DNA from: Candidatus Omnitrophota bacterium
Lineage (GTDB): Bacteria; Omnitrophota; Gorgyraeia; Gygaellales; Profunditerraquicolaceae
Assembly: GCA_028715415.1 (NCBI GenBank)
Contig: JAQURX010000009.1
Location: forward strand, 11,807 to 75,806
DNA: 64,000 nt
Direction: 5' to 3'
The notes beneath the pieces were generated by a model, which saw nothing but the letters and a program-made list of their open reading frames with translations, did no database searches and was not told where the DNA came from. Below are positions 54,542 to 64,000 of the stretch, piece after piece (position 1 is the first letter of the stretch; each line of letters starts with the position of its first letter). Made by a program: the position numbers and the translations under genes.

Positions 54542-55396
54542 TTATCCTTTCAATGCTTCTGCACTAGAAATAATCTCAAGCATCTCCCTAGTAATATTTG
54601 CCTGGCGCTGCTTGTTTCTTAAAAGAATGAGCCCCTTAAGCAAATCTCTGGCGTTGTCTGTAGCTGCTTTCATCGCAAAACTCCTTGCAGCAAGCTCCGA
54701 AGTAATTGACTCTAATAACACAACCTTCATCTTCATTGACATATAACTCGTAATAAGCTTATCCAAAATCTTCTCAGTCCCGGTTTCAAAAATATAATCT
54801 ATCCTTCTGCCTGCTTCATGCTCTAATTCCAGGTATTTCCTTAGAACGGGCCGCTGCGTCAGAGTATTTTCATAAAAAGTGTAGGCTATATAAACCTCAT
54901 CTGCTTGCCTGGAAAGAAAAATATTAATTAGATAATTTGTAATTTCGTTAGATATCTTATCGGAAAATTTAGCATTTATCCCTATAAATGAATTTATAAT
55001 ATTAATCCCTCGTTTCTTAAAATAATTATACCCTCTTCTGCCGACAACTACTAAATCTATCCTTCCCTTCCCATAGCTGTTAATAAAATCTTCGGCAAGC
55101 CTGATAATATTATTATTATATATCCCGCAGAGGCCATTATCCGAAGTAATAACACACAAAACTATTTTTTTCTTAAGAAGCCTTTTCTCCAAATAAGGGC
55201 TTAAAAAATTCTCCGAAGAAGATATCAGGTTATTCAAGAGCGATTCGAGCTTTGTAAAATACGGACGGGCAGCGAAAAGATAATTATCAATGCGGTTTAA
55301 TTTCGTAAATGAAATCATCTGCATTGCGCTTGTTACCTTCTCGGTATTTTGAATACTGCGAATCCTGTTTTTTATCTGCCGGATTGACTGGGCCAT
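54542..55396 (-). CDS. atpG: F-type ATP synthase gamma subunit
   Basis: 284 aa; N-terminus IKNRIRSIQNTEKVTSAMQMIS. Confidence 0.9.
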   Translation of the reverse strand: MAQSIRQIKNRIRSIQNTEKVTSAMQMISFTKLNRIDNYLFAARPYFTKLESLLNNLISSSENFLSPYLEKRLLKKKIVLCVITSDNGLCGIYNNNIIRLAEDFINSYGKGRIDLVVVGRRGYNYFKKRGINIINSFIGINAKFSDKISNEITNYLINIFLSRQADEVYIAYTFYENTLTQRPVLRKYLELEHEAGRRIDYIFETGTEKILDKLITSYMSMKMKVVLLESITSELAARSFAMKAATDNARDLLKGLILLRNKQRQANITREMLEIISSAEALKG

Positions 55397-55408
55397 AAAT
55401 CTTAATAA

Positions 55409-56932
55409 CTAACTCTTAGAGGTAAATTCTTTTTTAAATAATAAAATAGCGCTATCCATTTTTTCCATTAATTCTTTGCTTAGCTCATTTTTCTGTTCAA
55501 TCTCATGTTCTAAATGAGCATAATTATTTTCAATGTATTTAAAAAATCCCGCTTCAAACTTCCTGACTTCTGGAACCGGCAAATCATCAAGGAACCCGCG
55601 CGTCCCGCAATAAATAATCATTACCTGTTTTGAAACTGACATCGGCATAAATTGCGGCTGCTTAAGGATCTCAACCATTCTTTCTCCCCGCACAAGCTGC
55701 GCTTGCGTTGTCTTATCAAGATCTGTCCCAAACTGCGTAAAGGTAACCAATTCTCTGTATTGAGCCAAGTCAATACGCAATTTTGCCGCAACCTGGCGCA
55801 TTGCCTTACCCTGAGCCTTTCCTCCTACTCTTGAAACCGATAAACCTACATTTATCGCAGGCCGTACACCGGCATAAAACAGATCGTTTTCCAGATAAAT
55901 CTGCCCGTCTGTAATTGAGATTACATTCGTAGGGATATAACTGGTAATATCGCCTGCCTGTGTTTCAATTATTGGCAATGCTGTTATAGAGCCGCCCCCT
56001 AAACTACTATTTAACTTTGCCGCTCTTTCAAGTAAACGTGAATGCAGGTAAAAGATATCCCCCGGGTAAGCCTCTCTTCCGGGAGGCCTGCGCAAAAGCA
56101 AAGACAACTGCCTGTAGGCTTGAGCGTGTTTTGACAAATCATCATAAATAATCAAAACATGCTTTCCAGAATACATAAGTTCTTCACCGATTGCACATGC
56201 TGAATATGGGGCCAGGTATTGTAAAGAAGCGGATGCCCTGCTGGAAGCGCTTACAATTGTTGAGTATTGCATTGCGCCGTATTTTTCTAATATTTCGTGC
56301 ACTGCAACAATACTGGACATCTTTTGCCCAATCCCAACATAAATGCAAAAGACATTCTTGCCTTTTTGATTAATTATAGTATCAATTGCCAAAGCAGTCT
56401 TGCCTGTCTGCCTGTCGCCGATAATTAATTCGCGTTGGCCCCGTCCTATAGGAATCATAGAGTCAACCGCTTTAATACCTGTTTGCAAAGACTCATTTAC
56501 AGGCTGGCGCTCAACTACATTTGGCGCCTTTGTTTCAAGAGGCCTGAATTTATCGGTTGTAATCGGGCCTTTTCCGTCAATTGGTTTACCCAATGCATTT
56601 ACAACCCTTCCGACAAGAGCTTCCCCAACAGGAATTTGAGCAATCTTCCCCGTTCTCTTAACAACATCCCCTTCTTTTATAGTTTGATCCGGGTTATCCG
56701 TACCAAAAACAACAACACCTACGCTGTCTTCTTCAAGGTTTAAAACCATACCAGTAATATTCCCGGAAAATTGCACTAATTCTCCGACCATCACATCATC
56801 TAAGCCGTAAATACGCGCAATCGTATCCCCAACCTGGATAACTGTCCCGATAGATTCCATGCGCAATCTAGTTTTATATCTCTCCAATTCTTTCTTAATA
56901 ACTGAAGTTACTTCCTCAGGTTTTAATGTCAT
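55409..56932 (-). CDS. atpA: F-type ATP synthase alpha subunit
   Basis: 507 aa; GDRQTGKTA Walker A. Confidence 0.95.
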   Translation of the reverse strand: MTLKPEEVTSVIKKELERYKTRLRMESIGTVIQVGDTIARIYGLDDVMVGELVQFSGNITGMVLNLEEDSVGVVVFGTDNPDQTIKEGDVVKRTGKIAQIPVGEALVGRVVNALGKPIDGKGPITTDKFRPLETKAPNVVERQPVNESLQTGIKAVDSMIPIGRGQRELIIGDRQTGKTALAIDTIINQKGKNVFCIYVGIGQKMSSIVAVHEILEKYGAMQYSTIVSASSRASASLQYLAPYSACAIGEELMYSGKHVLIIYDDLSKHAQAYRQLSLLLRRPPGREAYPGDIFYLHSRLLERAAKLNSSLGGGSITALPIIETQAGDITSYIPTNVISITDGQIYLENDLFYAGVRPAINVGLSVSRVGGKAQGKAMRQVAAKLRIDLAQYRELVTFTQFGTDLDKTTQAQLVRGERMVEILKQPQFMPMSVSKQVMIIYCGTRGFLDDLPVPEVRKFEAGFFKYIENNYAHLEHEIEQKNELSKELMEKMDSAILLFKKEFTSKS

Positions 56933-56933
56933 T

Positions 56934-57482
56934 TTAATTCACCCTTACTGTTGATAATTTTTCCCGCAGCTCATCAATGCGCCTGCGCACAGATCCGTCA
57001 ATTACAGTGTTCCCAACCTGCACCTGCACCCCGCCGAGCAAACTCCCATCCAAACTAATATAAAATTTAAAGTTTCTCTTAAACTTTTTTACCAGCATCT
57101 CTTCAATCTCTTTTATAATATCCAAATCTAACGGCAAACTCGTCCTGATTACCGCCTCAATCTCCTCGCCATGGGAATAAGTTTCTCTCACATATTCAAG
57201 AATATCCACTAGCTCCTTAATACGGTCTTTATCAAGTAACAATTTAATAAAATTCCTGAACTCAACTGAAAAATAATCCTTAAGCACATTATTGATAAAT
57301 TCAAACTTCTGCTGATGAGTCACATCAGGCGCTTCTAAAAATTCCAAGAATTCCGGATTATCGCGTATGATAGACTTTAAGTTCTTAAATTCCAAAGCAG
57401 AAGGCGCTTCCCCGATGGTATGCCGGACAAAATCAAAGTAAGCATCGGCATATCTTTTAACTATGATCTTATCTTTAATCAT
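56934..57482 (-). CDS. atpH: F-type ATP synthase delta subunit
   Basis: 182 aa, OSCP/delta family, operon position. Confidence 0.8.
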   Translation of the reverse strand: MIKDKIIVKRYADAYFDFVRHTIGEAPSALEFKNLKSIIRDNPEFLEFLEAPDVTHQQKFEFINNVLKDYFSVEFRNFIKLLLDKDRIKELVDILEYVRETYSHGEEIEAVIRTSLPLDLDIIKEIEEMLVKKFKRNFKFYISLDGSLLGGVQVQVGNTVIDGSVRRRIDELREKLSTVRVN

Positions 57483-57976
57483 TCTATTTTATCGGCTCTT
57501 TGCAAAAAGTCTTTAATCAGCTTCTTATCGCCTTCATCAGTAAGTTTCTCTTGAATTATATTCTCAGTTGCCATAATCGTTAAATCTATAACGTTATTTT
57601 TCAATTCTTCTTTGGCCTTAGTTAATTCATATTTGATATTGGCCCGGGCGCTATCAATAATTTCCTGCGCTTCCTGATGCGCTTTTTTATGTATTTCTTC
57701 GGTAATCTTCCTGCCCTCGGCAACAGCATCCTGCATTTTCTTTCTTACGGCATCTTCAATTACGTCTAACTTTGATTCATAATCCTGTTTTAATTTAGCG
57801 ACTTCCTGCTTAACTTTCTCTATATTGTTAAGTTCCGAAGAAATCTTTTCTTTTCTTTTATCAAGAAGCGCTAAAATGTTTTTCCAGGCGAATGCCCGTA
57901 AAAGAAAAAGCAGAATAAGGAAACTAATTACCTGCGCAATTATTTCATTTGTGCTAAGAAGTTTTAACAGTTCCAT
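57479..57976 (-). CDS. atpF: F-type ATP synthase B subunit
   Basis: 165 aa; single N-terminal TM helix plus long charged helix. Confidence 0.8.
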   Translation of the reverse strand: MELLKLLSTNEIIAQVISFLILLFLLRAFAWKNILALLDKRKEKISSELNNIEKVKQEVAKLKQDYESKLDVIEDAVRKKMQDAVAEGRKITEEIHKKAHQEAQEIIDSARANIKYELTKAKEELKNNVIDLTIMATENIIQEKLTDEGDKKLIKDFLQRADKIE

Positions 57977-57989
57977 TTTTTTGGCTTAA

Positions 57990-58220
57990 TTAAAGTTTAC
58001 CTGCCAGAACAAAAGCAAAAACCAAAGCATAGATAGTTAAGGCTTCAATAAAAGCGCAGCCAGTAGCCATATTAATTAAGATTTTAGTTGATGCTTCAGG
58101 CTGCCTTCCGGTTGCATCCATTGCCGCAGCAACTGCTTTTCCCAAACCTAATGCTGAACCAAACGCAGCTAAACCTAAACCTAAAGGCATAGCCAATGCC
58201 AATGCTACTTTGTAATCCAT
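57990..58220 (-). CDS. atpE: F-type ATP synthase c subunit
   Basis: 76 aa two-helix hairpin with conserved carboxylate (FIEALTIYA). Confidence 0.85.
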   Translation of the reverse strand: MDYKVALALAMPLGLGLAAFGSALGLGKAVAAAMDATGRQPEASTKILINMATGCAFIEALTIYALVFAFVLAGKL

Positions 58221-58234
58221 TTCATTCCTCCTTG

Positions 58235-58990
58235 TTAAGCATGCTCTTCTTCATGTGGTAAACAGAGAGCAAAATAGATTGTTGTTAAAAGGCAAAATAC
58301 CACCGCCTGAACTACTGAAGCCAAGATTGCCAAGAAAGAACTAAAAACCAAAAGCGGGACTCCCATAATCCCAAAATTAGCCAAAACCGCAAGGAGCATA
58401 TCATCTCCCCAAATATTGCTTCTTAAACGAAGAGACAAGCTTATCGGCCTGACCAACTGAGAAACAATCTCCAAAACAAACATCATCAAAGGTATAAAAA
58501 CCGAGAATGCGAGTATCCCGCGAGGCTTGCCCATCATATGGTCTAAATAACCAAAGAAACCCAATTCCTTAAAAGCAGAATACTGCACATAAACAAAAAC
58601 ACAAATCGCTAATGCCAAAGTTGTAGACCAACTGGAAGTTGATGATTTAATAAATGGGATTAAGCCTGAAAGATTCATTACAATTATATATAAAAACAAA
58701 GTCCCGATAAAAGGAGTAAATTTCCTTCCCTTATCCCCCAGAATCCCGCAAATAAAATCATCTAAACCTCCCACAACCACTTCCACCGCATTCTGAAACC
58801 TATCGGGGATTAATTTATTTTTTCTACTTGCGAAATAAGCAACCAAAGAAAGAACACTGATAACAATCAAAGAAAAAATTACATTCTCCCAAATAACAAT
58901 ATTCTTTGAAAAAGTTGAATGCGGAGATAACTTTGCAATGCTTGTAATTATATTAGGCAGCTCTAGATTGCTGGCGTTGGCTTCAGACAT
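58235..58990 (-). CDS. atpB: F-type ATP synthase a subunit
   Basis: 251 aa; conserved Arg in LSLRLRSNIWGD. Confidence 0.85.
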   Translation of the reverse strand: MSEANASNLELPNIITSIAKLSPHSTFSKNIVIWENVIFSLIVISVLSLVAYFASRKNKLIPDRFQNAVEVVVGGLDDFICGILGDKGRKFTPFIGTLFLYIIVMNLSGLIPFIKSSTSSWSTTLALAICVFVYVQYSAFKELGFFGYLDHMMGKPRGILAFSVFIPLMMFVLEIVSQLVRPISLSLRLRSNIWGDDMLLAVLANFGIMGVPLLVFSSFLAILASVVQAVVFCLLTTIYFALCLPHEEEHA

Positions 58991-59319
58991 AACCTAACTA
59001 CTCCTGCTATTAAAAAAACAGAAAAAACTCCGATAAACAGGCCTAATAGAGAAAATACCCTTGAAAATAAAATTAATCCACCCGCTAAGTATAATACCGG
59101 AAATTTTATTAATAGAAAAACCCATAGTTTACTCTTTGATTTCTTTAATATCGCAATCCTTAAGAGATTTACAGTCATAATAATATTTATTAAAGACCAT
59201 GCTGCCCCAAGCAGAATTCCAAAAGCAAAAGCTGTTTTACCCATAGCGAACAAAGGGAATATCAACATTAAAATAAAGATCAGCTCTGATTTGGTCACCT
59301 TATTTAAAAAATCATCCAT
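58963..59319 (-). CDS. ATP synthase protein I-like small membrane protein
   Basis: 118 aa hydrophobic, immediately upstream of atpB. Confidence 0.5.
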   Translation of the reverse strand: MDDFLNKVTKSELIFILMLIFPLFAMGKTAFAFGILLGAAWSLINIIMTVNLLRIAILKKSKSKLWVFLLIKFPVLYLAGGLILFSRVFSLLGLFIGVFSVFLIAGVVRLCLKPTPAI

Positions 59320-59609
59320 TATTTATCCTTTTCAATCTTCACAGTTTTTCTTAATATCTTAATTACTTCAATTATGCTTATTGCAAAGCCCAATACAACT
59401 AAAGCATAAGTATAATATTCGGAAAAAAAAAATTTCTTCTGTAAAAAGCTTCCTAAAACAAATGCGGCGATTGGCCCGGAAACCAAAACAAAGGGAATAA
59501 ATGTAACTAACCCGGCAAGTTTAATTAATTTATAAATTTGCTTTTTGTCTGCCAAGAGAAATACCCTATTTCTCGTTAGCATGGATAATCTCCATGACTT
59601 CGTCTTCAT
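59319..59609 (-). CDS. AtpZ/AtpR-like small membrane protein
   Basis: 96 aa, two TM helices, first gene of the atp cluster. Start possibly internal. Confidence 0.45.
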   Translation of the reverse strand: MKTKSWRLSMLTRNRVFLLADKKQIYKLIKLAGLVTFIPFVLVSGPIAAFVLGSFLQKKFFFSEYYTYALVVLGFAISIIEVIKILRKTVKIEKDK

Positions 59610-60045
59610 CTTCGGCTTTTTTTAGCCGCTCAATTACAAATTTGTCCTTAACGAGATGGGAAACTTTTGCCATAATCTTTAGGTGGCCGCCAACTTCATT
59701 CTGAGGAGAAACAAGCACAAAGAACAAATAAGTTTTTTCAGCGTCCAACGCTCCAAAATCTACACCTTGAGGTATCCTGCCAAATATAAGTAAGAATTTT
59801 TTTACATCTGCTAACTTTACATGAGGGATTGCAACCCCATTGCCTATACCTGTTGAACCTAATTTCTCCCGCAACAAAAGAGCCTTAGCAATTACCTTTT
59901 TATCCTTAAATTTCCCGCTTTTGGCGATTAAATCTGCTAATTCCAGAATGATATCTTTTTTCGTGGTACTTGTGAGATTTAAATTGATGCATTTTTTCTT
60001 TAACAGTTCTGCCAATTTCTGTTCGTGCATAACCTTTAAGCTCAT
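59566..60045 (-). CDS. PTS EIIA-Ntr (PtsN-like) paralog
   Basis: 159 aa; GNGVAIPHVKL active-site region; paralog of 32264-32734. The 3' end overlaps the atpZ-like ORF by 44 nt. Confidence 0.7.
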   Translation of the reverse strand: MSLKVMHEQKLAELLKKKCINLNLTSTTKKDIILELADLIAKSGKFKDKKVIAKALLLREKLGSTGIGNGVAIPHVKLADVKKFLLIFGRIPQGVDFGALDAEKTYLFFVLVSPQNEVGGHLKIMAKVSHLVKDKFVIERLKKAEDEDEVMEIIHANEK

Positions 60046-60056
60046 TAGCTACTTCC

Positions 60057-61010
60057 TTACTCTACAGGAATAATAATCTTCCTGCCTGATTTCAAGTTAT
60101 TTGGGTTCTTAATCCTGTCTTTATTTAATTCATACAAATACTTCCAGCGATGCCCATTACCCAATTCTTTTTGAGCTATCTTCCAAAGAGAATCATTCTT
60201 CTTTATCGTATACTCTCTTGTTGAAACCTTTACTTCGCCTTCAACTTCTTCGGTCTTTTCTTCTATGTATTTACCTTGTTCAACTTGGCGAGCTTCTTTA
60301 AGGAGCTTGCCTTCATAAGGAAGCATAATCTCTTCAACTTCAGCAACCATAAACTGCGCATTCCTGTCTTTCTGCATACCCACAAGGTCAGTTACATGGG
60401 CAACCGCATCAAGCTTGCCACGGCTTACAATCTTTATCCTCTCTTCCGGGATACCATTCTCCAGCATAAAATTCTTAACTGCTGCAGCGCGCTTCTTACC
60501 TAATTTTTCATTATATTTTTCCGATCCGCGGATATCGCAATTACCGGTAATTAAAATCTCGGATCCGGGATTCTTATTTAAGGCCAAAACCGCATTCCTT
60601 AAGATTTCCACGGCATCATCTCTTAACCCAGATTTGTTGAAATCAAAGTAGACTTTAACGTTCTTTATCACTTTCTTAATTAATAGCGACGGGCGTAACT
60701 CCTGAGGCTTAGGCGCAGGAAGCTCTTCTTCTTTATAGTCAAAAATAATCTTGCGTACAAAACAATAGCCTCTATTGCCCCATAAGCGTTCATTACCCGG
60801 CTCTTTCGGCCACCACCAATAACCTCCATGCTCAGGGTCCTTCACAGGAGCAGGCTTAGCATCCGTAGGCCACCAGGAAAACTGTTTTTGCAGTTCATCT
60901 AATTTCTGTTGGCGCTTTTCCTGACGGTTAGATACGCAACCGGAAAGAAAGACTGACAGAGAAACAAAAAACACAAAAATATAAATATTATTATGTTTTT
61001 TCATAACCAC
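60057..61010 (-). CDS. OmpA-family lipoprotein with C-terminal LysM domain
   Basis: 317 aa; lipobox LSGC, OmpA-C motifs (ITGNCDIRGSEKYNEKLGKKRAAAV) and LysM (YTIKKNDSLWKIA). Confidence 0.8.
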   Translation of the reverse strand: MVMKKHNNIYIFVFFVSLSVFLSGCVSNRQEKRQQKLDELQKQFSWWPTDAKPAPVKDPEHGGYWWWPKEPGNERLWGNRGYCFVRKIIFDYKEEELPAPKPQELRPSLLIKKVIKNVKVYFDFNKSGLRDDAVEILRNAVLALNKNPGSEILITGNCDIRGSEKYNEKLGKKRAAAVKNFMLENGIPEERIKIVSRGKLDAVAHVTDLVGMQKDRNAQFMVAEVEEIMLPYEGKLLKEARQVEQGKYIEEKTEEVEGEVKVSTREYTIKKNDSLWKIAQKELGNGHRWKYLYELNKDRIKNPNNLKSGRKIIIPVE

Positions 61011-61020
61011 CTGCCTTTTC

Positions 61021-61401
61021 TTAAGAAATATACTTACCTAACAGGCTCTGGGTTTTGGGCCCAACAATACCATCAGCCTTTAAACCATTGGCTTTTTGAA
61101 ATTCTCTGATAGCCCTTCTTGTGCCTTTTCCTATATGCCCATCAACATGCCCTTTATAAAACCCGGCTTTTTTCAAAGCAAGCTGAATTTGTTTCTTGCT
61201 TAATGGTTTTTGATTAACATCTGGTGTTGCTTGTGCTACCTGAGCAACAGATCCTTCGGGTTGAGTAGCCACAATAGACTCTTGATTAACTGACTCCGGC
61301 GCAACACTAGCCATGCTTTCAGAATTAACAACCTTTTTATTGACAGCACAACCACCTAACAACACTACTAAAACAATTACTAAAAAAATACTTCTTTTCA
61401 T
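61021..61401 (-). CDS. lipoprotein with peptidoglycan-binding (PG_binding_1) domain
   Basis: 126 aa; lipobox LGGC and PGBD pattern GHVDGHIGKGTRRAIREFQKANGLKADGIVGPKT. Confidence 0.75.
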   Translation of the reverse strand: MKRSIFLVIVLVVLLGGCAVNKKVVNSESMASVAPESVNQESIVATQPEGSVAQVAQATPDVNQKPLSKKQIQLALKKAGFYKGHVDGHIGKGTRRAIREFQKANGLKADGIVGPKTQSLLGKYIS

Positions 61402-61418
61402 TGCTCTCCTCCTAATTA

Positions 61419-63401
61419 TTATACTCTAATTGGTAATATTACAAATGAAATACCTTCCCGGTACAGCCTCTTTTGCAAGGAAAAAACCGTATAGTTATGC
61501 AAGAAACGATAAATAAAAGAATCCTGCGGAAAAATTAACTGGCCTCCGAAGAAAACAGCATTGGGAAACTTCTCTATAATTTGGGGAGCAATACGGGCAA
61601 GTTCATCAACAACATCTACCCCCATCAAACAAACACTCTCTGCATAAAATCCATTCTTGTGCATGAATTTTACGTAACGGTCTGTATCGGATTTTACCTC
61701 TGACTCCAGATGCTCAACCTCTTGAGCCCCTTTAAAATTCCCTACATCTACAACGCCTACCTGAACAAAAACAAAATTCTTAAAAACCCCGCCAAACATC
61801 CTTACTACTCCAAAAAGAGTATGTAACCCCATCCCATTAAAACCGCTAACAAGCAACACAGCAGTCTTGGCTGTTGGATCAAATCTCTGCTGTTCGTTAA
61901 AAGTTACCGGCAAAAGAGTTGTATCGTCAGCTTCTACGGCGACAACCAAGCTATTAAGCCTTCTTAAAAGTTTTGCAGTCTCAAAATAATGCCGTTTTAT
62001 AAATATTGCAAAAGCGATTAAAGTGCCTGTAATAAAAATAGTTATCCAACCACCTTCTTGAAATTTAAAAACTATCATTGAGAAAAGTATAAAAACGCAC
62101 AAAATTAGCCCAATACCATTAACTAATAATTTCTTAAACCACTTCTTCACTTTTTCCCTCGATTGCCACCAATGCTTAACCATGCCCAATTGTGAAAGAG
62201 AAAAAGTTATAAATACATTAATACTATAAAGGACCACCAAAAGCTTGACGCTTCCTTTAGTAAAAATCATGATTAATAAAGCCAAACCACTCATTATTAA
62301 AACACCATTCTGGGTAACTAACCTATCACTTAAACTAGAGAACCTGATAGGAAACCATCTATCTAAAGACATATTCGCTAATACCCTTGGCCCATCAAGA
62401 AAACCTGCCTGAGCTGCGACGAATAACAACATTCCTTCTGAGATAAGCGCTATAAAGACAAAAATAATCCCCATCTTTCCCCAAGAACCTGTTGCAGACT
62501 CTAGAAGTACTGCGTTAAGAGTCTTGCCGGGAGCAAGATTAACCTGGAAAAACAAATAAGCAAGCATTAAACCTAAAACTACGAAAGAAAGTGAAATAGC
62601 CATATAACGCATAGTATGCTTTGCCGTCTGGACCTTAGGGTCCCTTAAGACAGGGATACCATTACTAACTGCTTCAATTCCGGTAAATGTACCAGCTCCC
62701 ATACTGTAAGCACGTAGCACAAGGAAAATCACCCCCATTAAACCTAATTCCGAAAAACTACTACGCATATCAACAACCGCAGCAGTCTTAAATTGTGAGA
62801 AATTTGAAAGGTGGGTAAATATTGCATAAATAATAATAAAAGCGTGAGTAGCAAGAAAGGTAAGAAATATCGGGACTAGCGGAAGTATTGATTCCTTAAC
62901 CCCGCGCATATTTAAAAACATCATTACAATAAGCACACAAACTGCGAAAATAAGCCTATAAGGATACCATGACAAAGGAAGAAAACTGAATATTGCGTCA
63001 GCTCCAGAAGCAATAGAAACAGCAATGGTAAGAACATAGTCGATTAGAAGAGCGCATCCAGAAACCATCCCTAGCGTTGGAGATAAAAGCTTACTGGCAA
63101 CCAGGTATCCTCCACCGCCGGTTGGGAATAACTCAATAATATGAGAATAACTTGAACTTATAATAAAAATTGTAAGTACTGTGCCAATTGCAACAAAGAT
63201 ACTTAAGTATATATGATTCCCAAGCGCCAAAAAGGCTTCTTGGGGGCCGTAACAGGAAGATGATAACCCGTCGGCCCCCAAACCTACCCAGGCAAAAAAA
63301 GCAATCAAAGAAAGATTATGGAAAAGCGAATGATCCCCAAGATTACGCGATTTCCCAATAACTAAATTCTTTATTTTCTTGCCTAATGTTGTTTTCTGCA
63401 T
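61419..63401 (-). CDS. APC-superfamily amino-acid permease with C-terminal cytoplasmic extension
   Basis: 660 aa; about 12 TM helices followed by a soluble domain of about 200 aa. Confidence 0.65.
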   Translation of the reverse strand: MQKTTLGKKIKNLVIGKSRNLGDHSLFHNLSLIAFFAWVGLGADGLSSSCYGPQEAFLALGNHIYLSIFVAIGTVLTIFIISSSYSHIIELFPTGGGGYLVASKLLSPTLGMVSGCALLIDYVLTIAVSIASGADAIFSFLPLSWYPYRLIFAVCVLIVMMFLNMRGVKESILPLVPIFLTFLATHAFIIIYAIFTHLSNFSQFKTAAVVDMRSSFSELGLMGVIFLVLRAYSMGAGTFTGIEAVSNGIPVLRDPKVQTAKHTMRYMAISLSFVVLGLMLAYLFFQVNLAPGKTLNAVLLESATGSWGKMGIIFVFIALISEGMLLFVAAQAGFLDGPRVLANMSLDRWFPIRFSSLSDRLVTQNGVLIMSGLALLIMIFTKGSVKLLVVLYSINVFITFSLSQLGMVKHWWQSREKVKKWFKKLLVNGIGLILCVFILFSMIVFKFQEGGWITIFITGTLIAFAIFIKRHYFETAKLLRRLNSLVVAVEADDTTLLPVTFNEQQRFDPTAKTAVLLVSGFNGMGLHTLFGVVRMFGGVFKNFVFVQVGVVDVGNFKGAQEVEHLESEVKSDTDRYVKFMHKNGFYAESVCLMGVDVVDELARIAPQIIEKFPNAVFFGGQLIFPQDSFIYRFLHNYTVFSLQKRLYREGISFVILPIRV

Positions 63402-63407
63402 TTTTAA

Positions 63408-64000
63408 TTAAAACTCAGCTCCGTCTTTTTTCTGGTGAAAAGACAACGCGCCATGCTTAGAATAAAGAATCGCGCCAAAAATAATAATGACGCAAGCTAT
63501 CGCTGCTGCAATTACGCGCGGGTCTGTATTTTTATATTGTATAAGAATCGGCGCTGCCAACAAAGAAACAAGATTAATAACTTTTAACATCGGATTTAAT
63601 GCAGGCCCCGAAGTGTCTTTCAGTGGGTCCCCTACTGTATCTCCAACAACAGCAGCTTTATGAGCGTCCGATCCCTTTCCTCCGTAAAGCCCGTCTTCAA
63701 TAGTCTTCTTGGCATTATCCCAAGAGCCGCCAGCGCTTGCCATAAATACGGCTAAGAGCTGCCCGGAAAGAATTGCTCCTGCAAGAAATCCGCCTAAAGC
63801 CTCTACTTTTAAAACCATCCCTACTAAAAGCGGGCTTAAAACTGCAATCAAAGATAAACCAATCAGCTCTTTTTGTGCAGCTACAGTACAGATTCCAACA
63901 GCTTTTTTATAATCAGGCGCAACTTTGCCTTCCATTAAACCCGGAATATGAAACTGCCTACGTACTTCATTTACAATTAAAGAAGCAGCGCGCGCAACAG
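63408..64000 (-). CDS. hppA: membrane-bound H+/Na+-translocating pyrophosphatase, C-terminal part (5' portion beyond window end)
   Basis: GDTVGDPLKDTSGPALNPMLKVINLVSLLAAP is the conserved H+-PPase C-terminal motif. The ORF stays open upstream to position 64000. Confidence 0.85.
   Translation of the reverse strand, partial: VARAASLIVNEVRRQFHIPGLMEGKVAPDYKKAVGICTVAAQKELIGLSLIAVLSPLLVGMVLKVEALGGFLAGAILSGQLLAVFMASAGGSWDNAKKTIEDGLYGGKGSDAHKAAVVGDTVGDPLKDTSGPALNPMLKVINLVSLLAAPILIQYKNTDPRVIAAAIACVIIIFGAILYSKHGALSFHQKKDGAEF

Overview
This is a 64 kb window from an AT-rich (about 35% GC) bacterial chromosome, most likely an anaerobic diderm. Evidence for that lifestyle and envelope: a four-subunit pyruvate:ferredoxin oxidoreductase, flavodoxin, LpxB, an MsbA-like exporter, OmpA/LysM and peptidoglycan-binding lipoproteins, a membrane H+-PPase and an F-type ATPase.

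About 80 of 82 genes lie on the minus strand; only a Gfo/Idh/MocA oxidoreductase and lpxB are on the plus strand. Most content is housekeeping:
- porGDA, partial at the window start
- pncB, ccdA plus a TlpA-like thioredoxin, cutA, pgeF, rmuC, malQ, pilD, aroE
- a compact ilvD-ilvB-ilvN-ilvC-leuA operon
- a class II aldolase-like gene plus pfkA, then ahcY-metK
- a sugar nucleotidyltransferase and a PGI/PMI
- a regulatory PTS module: ptsI, ptsH, yvcK and ptsN, with no EIIB/C permease in the window
- tRNA-Gly(GCC), tRNA-Leu(TAG) and tRNA-Lys(TTT)
- frr-pyrH-tsf-rpsB and rpmA
- a beta-CASP RNase, a DUF1846 gene, an HD-GYP gene, a PilZ gene
- the complete atpZ/I-BEFHAGDC operon, and partial hppA at the window end

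The non-routine content is a set of small GC-rich repeat and structured elements in intergenic regions:
1. A REP/RAYT system at 40.1-42.1 kb. An IS200-like tyrosine transposase (RAYT) and a cargo membrane gene are flanked by copies of a 25-nt motif. Each copy supplies the Lys-TAA stop of the adjacent gene; two inverted copies form a perfect 25-bp palindrome between lpxB and the cargo gene.
2. At 11.6-12.1 kb, a 229-bp MITE-like element with 18-bp imperfect terminal inverted repeats and a TTAAA target duplication. It sits exactly at the malQ stop, next to a degenerate REP copy, a terminator hairpin and a second 144-nt stem-closed GC-rich element.
3. An 85-nt GC-rich rod hairpin at 7757-7841.
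4. Paired GAAA-loop palindromes in the msbA-like/gnnA-like-lpxB divergent promoter region.
5. A tandem HD-GYP gene and paralog that share an N-terminal domain.

No CRISPR array or rRNA gene is present.
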